A stretch of DNA of 64,000 nucleotides from an uncultured Clostridium sp. (GCA_964371215.1 CAYJKU010000001.1:63335-127334); one strand, 5' to 3'. Shown: positions 42,118 through 52,819, counted from the stretch's first letter. A program made the numbers and translations. Notes: generated by a model not told the origin, from the letters alone.

Positions 42118-42444
42118 TTGAAGGAAGTTGAGGATGTTATGAATAAAAACATAAAAATAAAATCAGCGTTGAAAGAAATTGAAAAATTATCAAGTGATGA
42201 TGAAATAGTAGAAATAATAAGTAGAGAAGAAGATGATATGAGAAAAGCAAATGACATGAAAAATAGAGCATATCGGTTTAGGAGTAGAAGAAGGAATTGA
42301 ACAAGGACGAATAAAGGAAAGAAATGACCTTAGAATGGAAATTGTTAAAAACTTACTTAATTTAAAAAAATCGACACAGGAAATTTCGGATATAATAGGT
42401 ATAACTGTTAAAGAAGTAGAAGAATTAATAAAAAATATAAAATA
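42118..42444 (+). pseudogene. frameshifted C-terminal remnant of an Rpn/YhgA-family (PD-(D/E)XK, Transposase_31-like) recombination-promoting nuclease / putative transposase
   Basis: One frame reads MKEVEDVMNKNIKIKSALKEIEKLSSDDEIVEIISREEDDMRKANDMKNRA. After a frame switch it reads ...HIGLGVEEGIEQGRIKERNDLRMEIVKNLLNLKKSTQEISDIIGITVKEVEELIKNIK*. This is the characteristic Rpn C-terminal (E/Q)GI(E/Q)(E/Q)G repeats plus tail. There is no nuclease N-terminal domain and no RBS. Confidence 0.5.
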
Positions 42445-42630
42445 GAAAAATATAATAGTTAATTAAATTTAATTTCAAAGAATATATAATATGCCATAAA
42501 AAGAAAGCACTTTTTATTTAATTGTTTACATTTTGTAAGCAGTTTATAATAGTGTTTTTATATTATAGAATTTTTAATAAAATAGAGTTTATTTATATAT
42601 AAATATATTAAAATTAAGTATATAAAATAG

Positions 42631-42659
42631 TTTACATTAAAAATATCGTTTGATATAAT
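42631..42659 (+). promoter_or_regulatory. near-consensus sigma-A promoter (TTTACA, 17-bp spacer, TATAAT) for the 42681 gene
   Basis: tttaca at 42631-36, exactly 17 bp of spacer, tataat at 42654-59, about 20 nt upstream of the aaggag RBS. Confidence 0.6.
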
Positions 42660-42680
42660 TGACACAGATAAAAAGGAGAT

Positions 42681-43133
42681 ATGAAAATGGAAGAACAAAT
42701 GAAAAATGTTGATGTTTTAGAAAATGAAGTAAGTAAAGAAAATGTTGAAGGTAGACAAAGAAGAAGGAAAGAAAGAACCAGAAAAAGAAGTAAAAGAAGA
42801 AGATTTATTGGAATAGCAATTATTATTTGTATTTGTTTAGGCATAGGAGCAGTAATTGTAGTACCAATGTTACAAGAAAAATCAAATCAAGTAGCAGAAA
42901 AAGACGATAAACAAGAAGTAAAAGAAATTTCAAAAGAAGAAGAAATAGCTAGAAATGTTGCAGTTACAAAATTTTCTGAATTAGGTGAATCAATTAGTTC
43001 AACTGAATTAGAAGTACAGGAAATACAAAGACAAGGTGATATTTATTATTATATATCTTCTAAAGAAAATACTGTTGAAGTTAGAAAAGAAGATAATGAA
43101 ATAGTAAGGGTAAATAGTATTTTAGTTAAATAA
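42681..43133 (+). CDS. hypothetical single-pass membrane protein (150 aa) with a highly basic N-terminal region (RQRRRKERTRKRSKRRR)
   Basis: ORF with an aaggag RBS, one TM helix (IGIAIIICICLGIGAVIVV) and an extracytoplasmic C-terminal domain. No recognisable family. Confidence 0.55.
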   Translation: MKMEEQMKNVDVLENEVSKENVEGRQRRRKERTRKRSKRRRFIGIAIIICICLGIGAVIVVPMLQEKSNQVAEKDDKQEVKEISKEEEIARNVAVTKFSELGESISSTELEVQEIQRQGDIYYYISSKENTVEVRKEDNEIVRVNSILVK

Positions 43134-43186
43134 TATGTTTGATAAAATTAACTATGAATATGATAGAAAAGGAAGGAGGGATTAGC

Positions 43187-43678
43187 ATGAAAAAACCAGT
43201 AATTATTTTATTAGTTGTAATAGCAATAATAGTTATTATAGGTATAGTTGGAGTAATAAGTCTTATAGTTACTTTGTTTATGCCAAAAGATGTAATTACA
43301 GCTGAAGAATTTAAGTCTGTTATGTTAGAAGAAAATTTTGAAGTCACAGATTCTATGGATCAAGCAACTACAAATAATATTGAAGAAATGTACATAGCAA
43401 CAAATCCAACTAATGATTATCAAATTGAATTTTATGATTTAATAAGTGAAGATTATGCTGTAACTAGTTTTGAAAATATTCAATATGAATTAGAAATGGC
43501 AAAAGAATCAAATATGTTTGAATCTTCTGTAAATCTTCCGAATAATTCAAAATATACATTATCAGGTAATAATGAGTACTCTGTTGTATCACGTATTGGA
43601 GATACAATAATATTTGTAAGTGTATACGAAGAAAATAAAGCTGAAGTATCTGAAATATTAGAAAAATTAGGGTATTAA
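43187..43678 (+). CDS. hypothetical membrane-anchored protein (163 aa from the corrected start)
   Basis: GGAAGGAGGG RBS before the internal ATG (MKKPVIILLVVIAIIVIIGIVGVISLIVTLF...). Signal-anchor plus a roughly 120-aa extracellular domain. Confidence 0.55.
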   Translation: MKKPVIILLVVIAIIVIIGIVGVISLIVTLFMPKDVITAEEFKSVMLEENFEVTDSMDQATTNNIEEMYIATNPTNDYQIEFYDLISEDYAVTSFENIQYELEMAKESNMFESSVNLPNNSKYTLSGNNEYSVVSRIGDTIIFVSVYEENKAEVSEILEKLGY

Positions 43679-43685
43679 TATAAAT

Positions 43686-43730
43686 AAAAAAACCATATAA
43701 CACTTGTTTTTAAGTGGCATATGGTTTTTT
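43686..43730. terminator. bidirectional terminator between convergent genes
   Basis: aaaaaaccatat...atatggtttttt; the A-run/T-run flanked stem serves both strands. Confidence 0.5.
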
Positions 43731-43759
43731 ATTTGTATCATGTAATAAAATATTGGTTT

Positions 43760-45694
43760 TTAGTAATCCCAAAGGGGCATAAAATCATTAGGATCATATA
43801 ATTCTATATCTAAACTAGAATTTAAAGTGAAATTACTCATATCTGTAGATTTTATCATATTTTCAGAAAGAGTATAAAAAGCGTTATTTGCATATATAAT
43901 TCTTTCTATTTCATTTTCATAATCATAATATTTTGTATCTTCTCCAAAATGTGTAATAGATGATTGTTTGGTAAATCCAGTTTCTGGATTTATATTATAT
44001 ATTACTACACCTTGATATGATGAATAATAATTATTTTCAATATTTATAGGAAATGCTAATAAGTTTTTTTCTTTAGAAAAGAGCAATGCTTTATGGTTAT
44101 TTAGTAATTCAGAAGATGTTCCTTTTTCACCTATCTTTTCAACGAATAGTTCTTTAGGATTAGTTGGATCAGTTACATTAAATAAAGCCATTTTAAAAGA
44201 GGTATTTACAACACTACCATAACTAGTAATTTCAGTATCATATCCAAATCCTATTAAATGGTTTTCATCATATGGATGTAGATATGAGCTGTATCCTGGT
44301 ATTTTTAATTCACCAAGTACTTTTGGATTAGTTGGATCTTTTAAATCTAATACAAATAATGGATCAACTTCCACAAAAGTAACCATATATGCTTTATCAC
44401 CCATAAATCTAGCAGAATATATTGATTCACCAGGTGCTAGATTTTTAATTGACCCTATTTCATTTAAATTAGAATCTAAAATATATAGGTTATTTGTATC
44501 TGTTTCATTATAATCTGTTATAGCTATTCTAAGATTACCGTTATATTCATCTAGTGAAAATTGATTTAAAATTTTACCAGATAATTCAGTTTCAGTATCA
44601 AAACTTGCAATACCATCATTTAATGAAAATTTGAATATATGAGTCTTATAAGTTGTAGAAATAGGGGCAATGTCTATACCAATTTCAGGCAAAATTGAAA
44701 AATCATCATAACCACTTATGTATTCAGTTCCAACAATATATAGATTATTTTCAGACATATATACTGTTTCACCAGTTCCAATATATGTAGCTATATTTGC
44801 TTTATTACTATTTTCTATATTAAAACTAGCAATTGTTAAGTATGAAGTACTAGAAATATATGGAAGAGGATATATACAGTTATATGGTATTGTAGAATCT
44901 TTTGAACTAATAGCAGAATCCATATAATTAGGAATATAGTGTTTTTCTTCATAGATTGAAGGTGTTTTATTAGGTAAATTATTTGAATATATATTTTGTG
45001 TTGCAAGTATATATATATCATTTTCAATCATTCTAGAATTTAGATAATCACCTTCAATTGAAACTTCTCTTTTTAATCTTGGTGAATAAGGATTAGATAT
45101 ATCATATGTTTTAGTAATAGTTGATGATGAATATTCATAGTAAGAGCCATCATAAATTGTGTAAATGATAACTAATGTATCATCATTTAAGAATAGTTCA
45201 CTAGTAGATGTATCTTCTCCAAGTTCTATTTCAGATGCTATTTTAATATTAGTATTATCTTGTATATCAGCAATAATTACTCTATTTGGTATAGCATAAA
45301 AAATATAATTACCATTTGTTTTAACTATATCAGCTTCATCAACACCTTGTACTTGTATATTAGTTGTAGAAAAATCTGACGAAGTACTAGAATTTGAAGA
45401 AGTATCTGATGGAGCAAAACTATCAGGTGATAGCTCTCCTACAGAATCTTCATAGATAATATTAGTATTCTTAGGTGAATCTTGTAATATCGAGTATAAA
45501 TTTTCAAAATTATCAACAGACTGTAAATTAGATGTCTGAAATGTGGGAGAGTCAGTTATTTCATTTGGAATAAATAAAAGTGTTAAAAAAAGCAGTGCAA
45601 ATAAAATGAATATTAGAACTGCTCGTAAAATATTGTTGTTTTTTTGTGAAGTATCAATAGTTTCATTAGTATTTTTAGATTTTTTTTCGTTCAT
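43760..45694 (-). CDS. secreted/membrane-anchored beta-propeller domain protein (COG4880 / Beta_propel family)
   Basis: Start corrected to MNEKKSKN... (GGAGG RBS). N-terminal TM helix. The family-typical motif NIQVQGVDEADIVKTNGNYIFY and a long beta-propeller-like region are present. Confidence 0.75.
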   Translation of the reverse strand: MNEKKSKNTNETIDTSQKNNNILRAVLIFILFALLFLTLLFIPNEITDSPTFQTSNLQSVDNFENLYSILQDSPKNTNIIYEDSVGELSPDSFAPSDTSSNSSTSSDFSTTNIQVQGVDEADIVKTNGNYIFYAIPNRVIIADIQDNTNIKIASEIELGEDTSTSELFLNDDTLVIIYTIYDGSYYEYSSSTITKTYDISNPYSPRLKREVSIEGDYLNSRMIENDIYILATQNIYSNNLPNKTPSIYEEKHYIPNYMDSAISSKDSTIPYNCIYPLPYISSTSYLTIASFNIENSNKANIATYIGTGETVYMSENNLYIVGTEYISGYDDFSILPEIGIDIAPISTTYKTHIFKFSLNDGIASFDTETELSGKILNQFSLDEYNGNLRIAITDYNETDTNNLYILDSNLNEIGSIKNLAPGESIYSARFMGDKAYMVTFVEVDPLFVLDLKDPTNPKVLGELKIPGYSSYLHPYDENHLIGFGYDTEITSYGSVVNTSFKMALFNVTDPTNPKELFVEKIGEKGTSSELLNNHKALLFSKEKNLLAFPINIENNYYSSYQGVVIYNINPETGFTKQSSITHFGEDTKYYDYENEIERIIYANNAFYTLSENMIKSTDMSNFTLNSSLDIELYDPNDFMPLWDY

Positions 45695-45787
45695 AAAAAC
45701 CTCCATTAATTTATTTTCAAAAATAGTGTATAATTAAAAAATTTAATTGTAAATACAAATGTTAGAAAAGATATAGAAGAATATATG

Positions 45788-46393
45788 TTAAATATTAAAA
45801 AAAGAGTTATATATATTCATATAAAGATTAATAAATTTATTTTGTGATATAGAAGAGTAAGCATTATTAGATGCATGGAAATAATCCATTAGTTTGCCTG
45901 AGTAGATAGGTTTAAGATTATATATTGCTTTGAAATCTTCGGGTTTTACAGTAGCTGGTAAATTAACATTTAGGTTGGCACTATCTAAAAGGTATTTAAC
46001 AAATTCAGCACAATAAAAAGTATTATTACTTGTAATATATTTATCAAATCCAGCTAAAAACAATCCTTTAGTATTAAAGGAATATGCAGATTTGTTATTT
46101 TCAAAATGAATTATTAGAGAATTGATAGTATTAAACTCTAAATCAGTAATTGTTAATGAATATATTTGCGTATATGTATTTGAAAATCTCTTGAATGTAC
46201 CCCATGAGATACCTTCATGTACAAATCCACCTTTAAAAGGGTTATATGGATTAAGTCTTCCAAAACTATACATTTTTTCTAAATTAACATCTAAAGAAAT
46301 TGAAGAGTGTGTAAATTCATTTTTGGTATAAAATTTAATTATTCTAGATAAAATTGTTCCTGTATGTGTTAGTACAATATATATTTCTTTCAT
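45788..46393 (-). CDS. putative permuted papain-like (NlpC/P60 superfamily, YiiX-like) protein
   Basis: 201-aa ORF with a conserved His early (EFTHSSISL) and Cys late (NTFYCAEFVKYL), consistent with the circularly permuted papain fold. The family assignment is tentative. Confidence 0.55.
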   Translation of the reverse strand: MKEIYIVLTHTGTILSRIIKFYTKNEFTHSSISLDVNLEKMYSFGRLNPYNPFKGGFVHEGISWGTFKRFSNTYTQIYSLTITDLEFNTINSLIIHFENNKSAYSFNTKGLFLAGFDKYITSNNTFYCAEFVKYLLDSANLNVNLPATVKPEDFKAIYNLKPIYSGKLMDYFHASNNAYSSISQNKFINLYMNIYNSFFNI

Positions 46394-46527
46394 ATATTTC
46401 TCGTTTCATATTTTATTAATAAAGTTATTATATATCTAAAATATTTTTTTGTAAATGGAATATAAATATTAATTAATAATATAAATTATATAGTAATATA
46501 ATAAATTTTAGAAAATGGTGAATAGTT

Positions 46528-47271
46528 ATGAATATATTTCAAGCTACATTAATAGGACTGTTCTTCGGTACTTTTGGTACGACATTAGGTGGTATAATAG
46601 GAATACTCAGTAAAAGAGAGTCAAATAGATTTTTAAGTTTTATCTTATCACTAGCATCTGGTCTTATGATGTCAATAATATGTTTTGATTTAATACCAGA
46701 AGCATTAGAGTTAAGTAATATATTTATAGTTGTAGTTGGAATATTATTTGGAATAATTTTAATGTTTATTTGTGATGATATAATTAGTAAAAGATTTAAG
46801 AAACAAGGATTGGATAAAAATAAGGATAATAACAGTTTATTAAAAACAGGAATAATAGTTTCAATAGGTTTGGCAATACATAATTTTCCAGAAGGGTTAG
46901 CAATAGGTTCAGGATATGAAGTTTCAATATCTCTTGGATTAGGTCTTGCAATTGCAATATGTTTACATGACATACCAGAAGGAATATCAATGGCAATACC
47001 TATGAAAAAAGGTGGATTGAAAAAAATAAAGATAATTAAATATGTAATTATGTCAGGTATTACAACAGGAATAGGTGCTTTTTGTGGTGCAATAATAGGG
47101 CAAATATCTCAAGAGATAATAGCTATATGCCTTGGTTTTGCAGCAGGTGCAATGCTATATATTGTTTCTGGGGAGTTAATTCCAGAATCTAATAAATTAT
47201 ATAGAGGAAGATCGATTATACTCGGTAATATATTAGGTATGTTATTAGGGATTGTTATAGCTGTTATTTGA
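46528..47271 (+). CDS. zupT: ZIP family metal (zinc) transporter
   Basis: Multi-pass membrane protein with the metal-binding motifs HNFPEGLAIG and HDIPEGISMA, characteristic of ZupT/ZIP. Confidence 0.85.
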   Translation: MNIFQATLIGLFFGTFGTTLGGIIGILSKRESNRFLSFILSLASGLMMSIICFDLIPEALELSNIFIVVVGILFGIILMFICDDIISKRFKKQGLDKNKDNNSLLKTGIIVSIGLAIHNFPEGLAIGSGYEVSISLGLGLAIAICLHDIPEGISMAIPMKKGGLKKIKIIKYVIMSGITTGIGAFCGAIIGQISQEIIAICLGFAAGAMLYIVSGELIPESNKLYRGRSIILGNILGMLLGIVIAVI

Positions 47272-47359
47272 AATTTGTCTTAAAAGTATATTTATGGTAT
47301 AATAGAGAAATGGGATATATGTGTATCTCAAATAATATATAACAAAGGAGCATAAATTT

Positions 47360-47746
47360 ATGCACACAAGTGGTAACTGTAATCCGTCGATGTTTTTGAT
47401 ACCAATAACAAAGTGGGAGACTAGTAGAATGGAAAAAATCCATGGAGTAGTCTTTTACCTATCTTCAAAAGATGGGAAAAGGATCCATATTGGAAATCCG
47501 GACATCCAAAAATATGATGCTAAAGTCGGAAATATGGATAAAGTAAGTAAATATGAAATGAGACCATTCAGAATGTTTTCTATGTTTACAGAGAATCCAA
47601 AAGAGACGAATCGTCCAGTATATGTTATTCATATGACAGACAATAGTATGATAGAAGAATATCACATTGAAAATTCAATTAATATTCCATTAGAAGAAAT
47701 ATTAAAATTGGGATTAGAAGAATCCTTAAAACAGTATCACAATTAA
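47360..47746 (+). CDS. hypothetical protein (128 aa)
   Basis: aaggag RBS 8 nt upstream, followed by a terminator. No recognisable motif. Confidence 0.5.
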   Translation: MHTSGNCNPSMFLIPITKWETSRMEKIHGVVFYLSSKDGKRIHIGNPDIQKYDAKVGNMDKVSKYEMRPFRMFSMFTENPKETNRPVYVIHMTDNSMIEEYHIENSINIPLEEILKLGLEESLKQYHN

Positions 47747-47750
47747 AAAT

Positions 47751-47788
47751 AAATGTAGAGTTCGTAAAGTTCTCTACATTTATTTTTT
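47751..47788 (+). terminator. rho-independent terminator
   Basis: aaatgtagag-ttcgtaaagtt-ctctacattt followed by attttttg. Confidence 0.65.
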
Positions 47789-47865
47789 GTATGAGGTTAA
47801 AATGCTCTTGTAAAAATATGTGTAATGATATAAAATTAATTTGTAAATAAAGGAGGAAAATATAA

Positions 47866-49536
47866 ATGGAAATACATAGTATTATAATGTGTGTATCAAT
47901 AATCCTTGTGTTATTAATATATTTTATATTAATATTTAAGAAAGAAAAAAATAATAAAGATAAAAGTGAGAATGATAAAGAAAAAATAATAGATAGTGCA
48001 GAAGTAAAAGGTATATGGAAATATAAGAATATTATAATTATACTAATATTTGTAATAGCAATATTAATTAGAGTAATTAATATTGAAACGCTACCAAATG
48101 ATATGAATGTTGATGAAACAGGGATAGCATATGATGCATATAGTATATCTGAATATGGAGTAGACAGGTATTTAAATAAATTTCCAGTATATTTTATAAA
48201 TTTTGGCGGTGGACAAAGTGTATTATATACATATATTTTAGCAGCATTTATGAGTTTTTTTGGAAATAGTTTAGTAGTCGTCAGATTACCATCAATAATA
48301 TTGTCATTAATATCTTTAGTTGTTATTTATAAATTAGTAAAACAATTTCATGGAGAAAAATCAGCTATACTAATGATGTTCATATATTCAATAATGCCAT
48401 GGCATATAATGCAATCACGATGGGGATTAGATTGTAATTTATTATCATCTATGATATTGATAAGTACATATATGTTAGTAACTGCTAAATCTAATTTAAA
48501 GTATATATTAGCAGGAATATTATTTGGAATCACATTATATTCATATATACTTTCATTAATAATTGTACCAATAATGTTAACAATTATTTCAATATATTTA
48601 ATATATATTAAAAAAGCTAAAGTCAAAAATATAATAGCAGTAGCAATACCAGTAGTAATATTAGTAATACCAATACTTTTAATGTTACTTGTAAATAATG
48701 GTGTAATTAATGAAATTAAAACAGATTATTTTACAATACCTACTCTTAATTCATTTAGAGGTGGAGAGGTAAGTTTAAATAATGTATTTGAAAATATATT
48801 AAGTATAGATGAAATATTTATATCTGATGGATTAGCATATAACGCTATTCCGGAATTTGGAACACTATATATTTTTTCAATACCAATAGTTATATTTGGA
48901 ATAATAATATTGTGTATAAATACAGCTAGAAGTATTAAGAATAAAGAATTTTCAGTAGATGTAATAATGTTAAGTATATTAATTGCAAATATAGTTTGTT
49001 TTTTAGTAATAAAAGATCCAAATATTAATAAATTAAATTCAATATTTATACCTTTAATATATTCAATATATCTAACATTAAAATATACATATAAATCTAA
49101 TAAGATATTCCTATATGTGTTAATAGCAATATATATAATTAACTTTATATCTTTCACAACATATTATTTTACAAAATATAATGAAGAATATTCAGAACAT
49201 ATATTTTGGAGTTCGAATATGATGGATTTAACAAAATATATTGAAAAATATGAAGTAGAAGAAATATATTTAGATGTAAACACAAGACAACCTTGGATAT
49301 ATACATTATATACAAATGAAATATCACCATATAATTTTAATGAAAGTATAACAAAAGAAAGTAAAACTAATTATATAAATATGTATTCATATGGGAAATA
49401 TAATTTTAATATGATAAGTGAAATAAAAGAAAACAGTATATATATTTTTGAAAATATGAATGAATTTGAAAATGTCTTAATACAAAATGGATATGAAAAA
49501 GAAGAATATTTAGTATATAGAATTTATTATAAATAA
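47866..49536 (+). CDS. polytopic membrane glycosyltransferase-like protein (GT39/GT83 ArnT/PMT-like fold, tentative)
   Basis: 556-aa ORF with aaggagg RBS and about 12 predicted TM helices. The early extracytoplasmic loop carries DE...D motifs (NDMNVDETGIAYDAYSISEYGVDRY) typical of GT-C mannosyl/arabinosyltransferases. There is a large C-terminal soluble domain. Confidence 0.6.
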   Translation: MEIHSIIMCVSIILVLLIYFILIFKKEKNNKDKSENDKEKIIDSAEVKGIWKYKNIIIILIFVIAILIRVINIETLPNDMNVDETGIAYDAYSISEYGVDRYLNKFPVYFINFGGGQSVLYTYILAAFMSFFGNSLVVVRLPSIILSLISLVVIYKLVKQFHGEKSAILMMFIYSIMPWHIMQSRWGLDCNLLSSMILISTYMLVTAKSNLKYILAGILFGITLYSYILSLIIVPIMLTIISIYLIYIKKAKVKNIIAVAIPVVILVIPILLMLLVNNGVINEIKTDYFTIPTLNSFRGGEVSLNNVFENILSIDEIFISDGLAYNAIPEFGTLYIFSIPIVIFGIIILCINTARSIKNKEFSVDVIMLSILIANIVCFLVIKDPNINKLNSIFIPLIYSIYLTLKYTYKSNKIFLYVLIAIYIINFISFTTYYFTKYNEEYSEHIFWSSNMMDLTKYIEKYEVEEIYLDVNTRQPWIYTLYTNEISPYNFNESITKESKTNYINMYSYGKYNFNMISEIKENSIYIFENMNEFENVLIQNGYEKEEYLVYRIYYK

Positions 49537-49553
49537 AATTGAAGGAGTAGGTT

Positions 49554-50018
49554 ATGAAAATAATGTATATATGTACAGGAAATATATGTAGGAGTGCAAT
49601 GGCACATCATTTAACATTAAAAAAATTGAAAGATTTAAAAATAGAAAATATCGAAATATATTCATGTGGGATACATGCATATGACGGAGATGTACCTACA
49701 TATGAAGCTAAATCAGTTATCAAAGATGAATTTGACGTAGATATGAATACTCACAAGGCTACTAATATAAGGAATTCAAATATAGAAGAAATGGATATTA
49801 TATTATGTGCTACAGTAAAACATAAAATCGCAGTTTTAGATATATATCCAGAACTGGAAAATAAAGTATATACAATGAAAGAATACATAGATTATGAAAG
49901 ACAATATCATGACAAAATAGACATAAAAGATCCATGGGGGTATGATGTGGAAACATATAGATATTGTTTATCTGAAATTGATGAATGTGTAAATAAGTTA
50001 ATAGAGAAAATAAAGTAA
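49554..50018 (+). CDS. low-molecular-weight protein tyrosine/arginine phosphatase
   Basis: N-terminal CX5R P-loop MYICTGNICRSAMAHH and the conserved DPWG...D near the C-terminus. Confidence 0.85.
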   Translation: MKIMYICTGNICRSAMAHHLTLKKLKDLKIENIEIYSCGIHAYDGDVPTYEAKSVIKDEFDVDMNTHKATNIRNSNIEEMDIILCATVKHKIAVLDIYPELENKVYTMKEYIDYERQYHDKIDIKDPWGYDVETYRYCLSEIDECVNKLIEKIK

Positions 50019-50072
50019 ATTAAAAAGATATAATATATAAGAATAATCTTATATATTATATCTTTTTTGTAT

Positions 50073-50507
50073 CTATATTACAAAATGTAAAATCAAAGCA
50101 ATTGTGAACATTAATATGAATCCTAAGATCATACTAAATAGTGTTTTTGAATAACCTTTTGGAGTTATTCTATCTTTTTCATCTAATTTTCTCATAATAG
50201 GATGTAGTTTCCAAAAATATGTAGCAATAGATAAGATCATAACACCAACACCATATATTTTAGTTGTTTCACTACCAGTTAAAAGAATAACTAATAATAA
50301 AACTATAAAGATAAGTTTAGTACCAGCAACCCAAAATGTCATATATTTAGCAAATAAATGCATATTGTCATCTTCTTTAGATTTGTGCCAGTCTTTAAAA
50401 ACTGCAACACCGTTTCCATGTTTGAAATCTTGTGCAAAATATAGTATTAAAACATTTGCAGATTCCATAATAATAAATAAGATTATAGATATATCTAATA
50501 AATTCAT
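50073..50507 (-). CDS. hypothetical small membrane protein (4 TM)
   Basis: ORF with an agaggtg RBS before MNLLDISIIL...; hydrophobic helices. Confidence 0.5.
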   Translation of the reverse strand: MNLLDISIILFIIMESANVLILYFAQDFKHGNGVAVFKDWHKSKEDDNMHLFAKYMTFWVAGTKLIFIVLLLVILLTGSETTKIYGVGVMILSIATYFWKLHPIMRKLDEKDRITPKGYSKTLFSMILGFILMFTIALILHFVI

Positions 50508-50790
50508 AAACACCTCTTAATTATAAAATAAAATGAACTAGATTGCTTTTGAAGAAATCTAGCTCTAGTAAACAAAATAAAACATATAAATATATGATTT
50601 ATTAACCGAATTGTAGCAAAAAAATGTACTAAAGTCAATAAAAAAATGTTAAAATAATTAAAAAAGATTGATAAACAAGGCGTTTAAAAGATAAATAAGA
50701 TTATATATATATATTTAGAATAAAATATAAAAAAACTGGAAAAATAAAAATGGTAATGATATAATATTAAAAAATAACAAGGAGGAAGAA

Positions 50791-52188
50791 ATGGGAGAGG
50801 AATTAAAAGAAAAATTATTCAACCAAAAGAAAAACGGATGGGAAAATATATCTGACGAAGAAAAACAAGAAGTGTTTAATTTATCTGAAAAATATATTGA
50901 ATTTTTAAATAAAACAAAAACAGAAAGAGAGTTTATTAAAGAAGCTAGAAAACTAGCTGAATCTAATGGATTCAGAGATATAATAGAATTTGAAACATTA
51001 AAAACAGGTGATAAGGTGTTTTTTATAAACAGAGAAAAAAGTATGTATCTAGCAATAATTGGACAAGAACCAATTGAAAATGGACTTCATATGATAGGAT
51101 CACATGTTGATTCACCTCGATTAGATTTAAAACCAAACCCATTATATGAAGATGGTGGATTTGCATATTTTAAAACACATTATTATGGTGGAATTAAAAA
51201 ATATCAATGGACAGCTATCCCACTTAGTATGCATGGAATAATAGTTAAACCAAATGGAGAAAAAATAGAAATAAATATTGGAGAAGAAGAAAATGACCCA
51301 ATATTTACAATTACAGATTTATTACCACATTTAGCACAAGATCAAATGGAAAAAAAATTAAGAACAGCGATAAATGGAGAAGATTTAAATGTATTAATTG
51401 GAAGTATTCCATATGATGATTCAAAAGTTTCTGAAAAAGTTAAATTAAATATATTAAATTTATTAAATGAAAAATATGGAATAACAGAAGTAGACTTCAA
51501 TAGTTCAGAAATTGAATTAGTACCAGCATTTAAAGCTAAAAGCTTAGGATTTGATAGAAGTATGGTTGCGGGATATGGTCAAGATGATAGTGTATGTGCA
51601 TATACTTCACTTGCGGCTATGATGGAATTAAAAGATGTTAAAAATACAGCAGTATGTATATTATCTGATAAAGAAGAAGTAGGAAGTATGGGAAATACAG
51701 GAATGGAATCTCATATGTTTGATTTCTTTGTGTCTGAAATATTAAATAAATTAAATATAAATAGACCAAATTTATTAGACAGAATTTTCTGTTTTTCAAA
51801 AATGTTATCATCAGATGTTGATGCAGGATATGATCCAATATATGCAAGTGTTTCTGAAAAAAATAATGCGGGATTTTTAGGTTGTGGAATGGCACTTGTT
51901 AAATATACAGGTGCAAGAGGAAAATCTGGTGCATCAGATGCAAATGCTGAATATGTAGCATGGGTAAGAAATGTTTTTGAAAAAAATAATATTAGATACC
52001 AATTATCTGAATTAGGAAAAGTAGATATTGGTGGAGGAGGAACAATTGCGTATATATTAGCAAATAAAGGTGCTGATGTAATCGATTGTGGTGTTCCAGT
52101 ACTTTCAATGCATGCTCCTTATGAAGTAACAAGTAAATATGATATATATCAAGCTTTTAAAATGTATCAAGCTTTTTGGAATGAATAG
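50791..52188 (+). CDS. M18 family aminopeptidase (aminopeptidase I/aspartyl aminopeptidase-like)
   Basis: 465 aa with IGSHVDSPRLDLKPNPL and EEVGSMG metal-binding motifs and the C-terminal HAPYE motif. aaggagg RBS. Confidence 0.85.
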   Translation: MGEELKEKLFNQKKNGWENISDEEKQEVFNLSEKYIEFLNKTKTEREFIKEARKLAESNGFRDIIEFETLKTGDKVFFINREKSMYLAIIGQEPIENGLHMIGSHVDSPRLDLKPNPLYEDGGFAYFKTHYYGGIKKYQWTAIPLSMHGIIVKPNGEKIEINIGEEENDPIFTITDLLPHLAQDQMEKKLRTAINGEDLNVLIGSIPYDDSKVSEKVKLNILNLLNEKYGITEVDFNSSEIELVPAFKAKSLGFDRSMVAGYGQDDSVCAYTSLAAMMELKDVKNTAVCILSDKEEVGSMGNTGMESHMFDFFVSEILNKLNINRPNLLDRIFCFSKMLSSDVDAGYDPIYASVSEKNNAGFLGCGMALVKYTGARGKSGASDANAEYVAWVRNVFEKNNIRYQLSELGKVDIGGGGTIAYILANKGADVIDCGVPVLSMHAPYEVTSKYDIYQAFKMYQAFWNE

Positions 52189-52197
52189 ACAATAAAA

Positions 52198-52222
52198 TAA
52201 AAAGTGGCATTGCCACTTTTTA
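52198..52222. terminator. bidirectional rho-independent terminator between convergent genes
   Basis: aaagtggc-att-gccacttt flanked by A and T runs on both sides. Confidence 0.7.
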
Positions 52223-52241
52223 TCTATTAAGTATATTGATG

Positions 52242-52580
52242 TTAAACATTATCTAATAAATCTATAAAAGATTTAACGAATTCTTTTTTTGATTCTGGTA
52301 ATTTTGCAACTTTTTGCGAAATTTCAATATCTAAACGTAAATCTTCACTAGTAATTAAATTTTTAAATAATTCATTAGGTGTAACACCTAAAAGATTCAT
52401 ATAATTTATTAATGTTTGAGTTTTAATACCATTATTCCCAGTTTCAATCCTAGATATATATTTTAAAGAAATACCTAATTGTTCAGATAATTGTTCTTGA
52501 GTTAAGTTTTTATTAAGGCGAAAAGTTTTTAGAATAAAACCAATATTCCTATAAATTTCGTTACTTGTAATAGAACTCAT
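52242..52580 (-). CDS. XRE-family helix-turn-helix transcriptional regulator
   Basis: HTH_3 signature LTQEQLSEQLGISLKYISRIETGNNGIKTQTLINYMNLLGV. Confidence 0.8.
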   Translation of the reverse strand: MSSITSNEIYRNIGFILKTFRLNKNLTQEQLSEQLGISLKYISRIETGNNGIKTQTLINYMNLLGVTPNELFKNLITSEDLRLDIEISQKVAKLPESKKEFVKSFIDLLDNV

Positions 52581-52819
52581 AGAGCACCTCCTATTTTAAA
52601 TTTAGTACAGTAATAGTATAACAATATTAGAAATGGGCTTGAACACACTAAAAATATGATGGATTAGAATATTAAAGATAATGGATAAAGATAAAAGTAT
52701 TGATAAATAAGTAAATAATATGTTATTATTCAAAAAGGAAAATCTAATTAAAAGTTAGAATTAAATAATATATTATATGAAGAAAAAATAAAAATATGTA
52801 TGAAGAAGGTGTATATATA

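Noticed and set aside
46539-46996. Minus-strand ORFs inside zupT
   Set aside because: Antisense to a membrane transporter with clear ZIP motifs.
48348-49157. Minus-strand ORFs inside the GT-C-like membrane protein gene
   Set aside because: Antisense, AT-rich artefacts.
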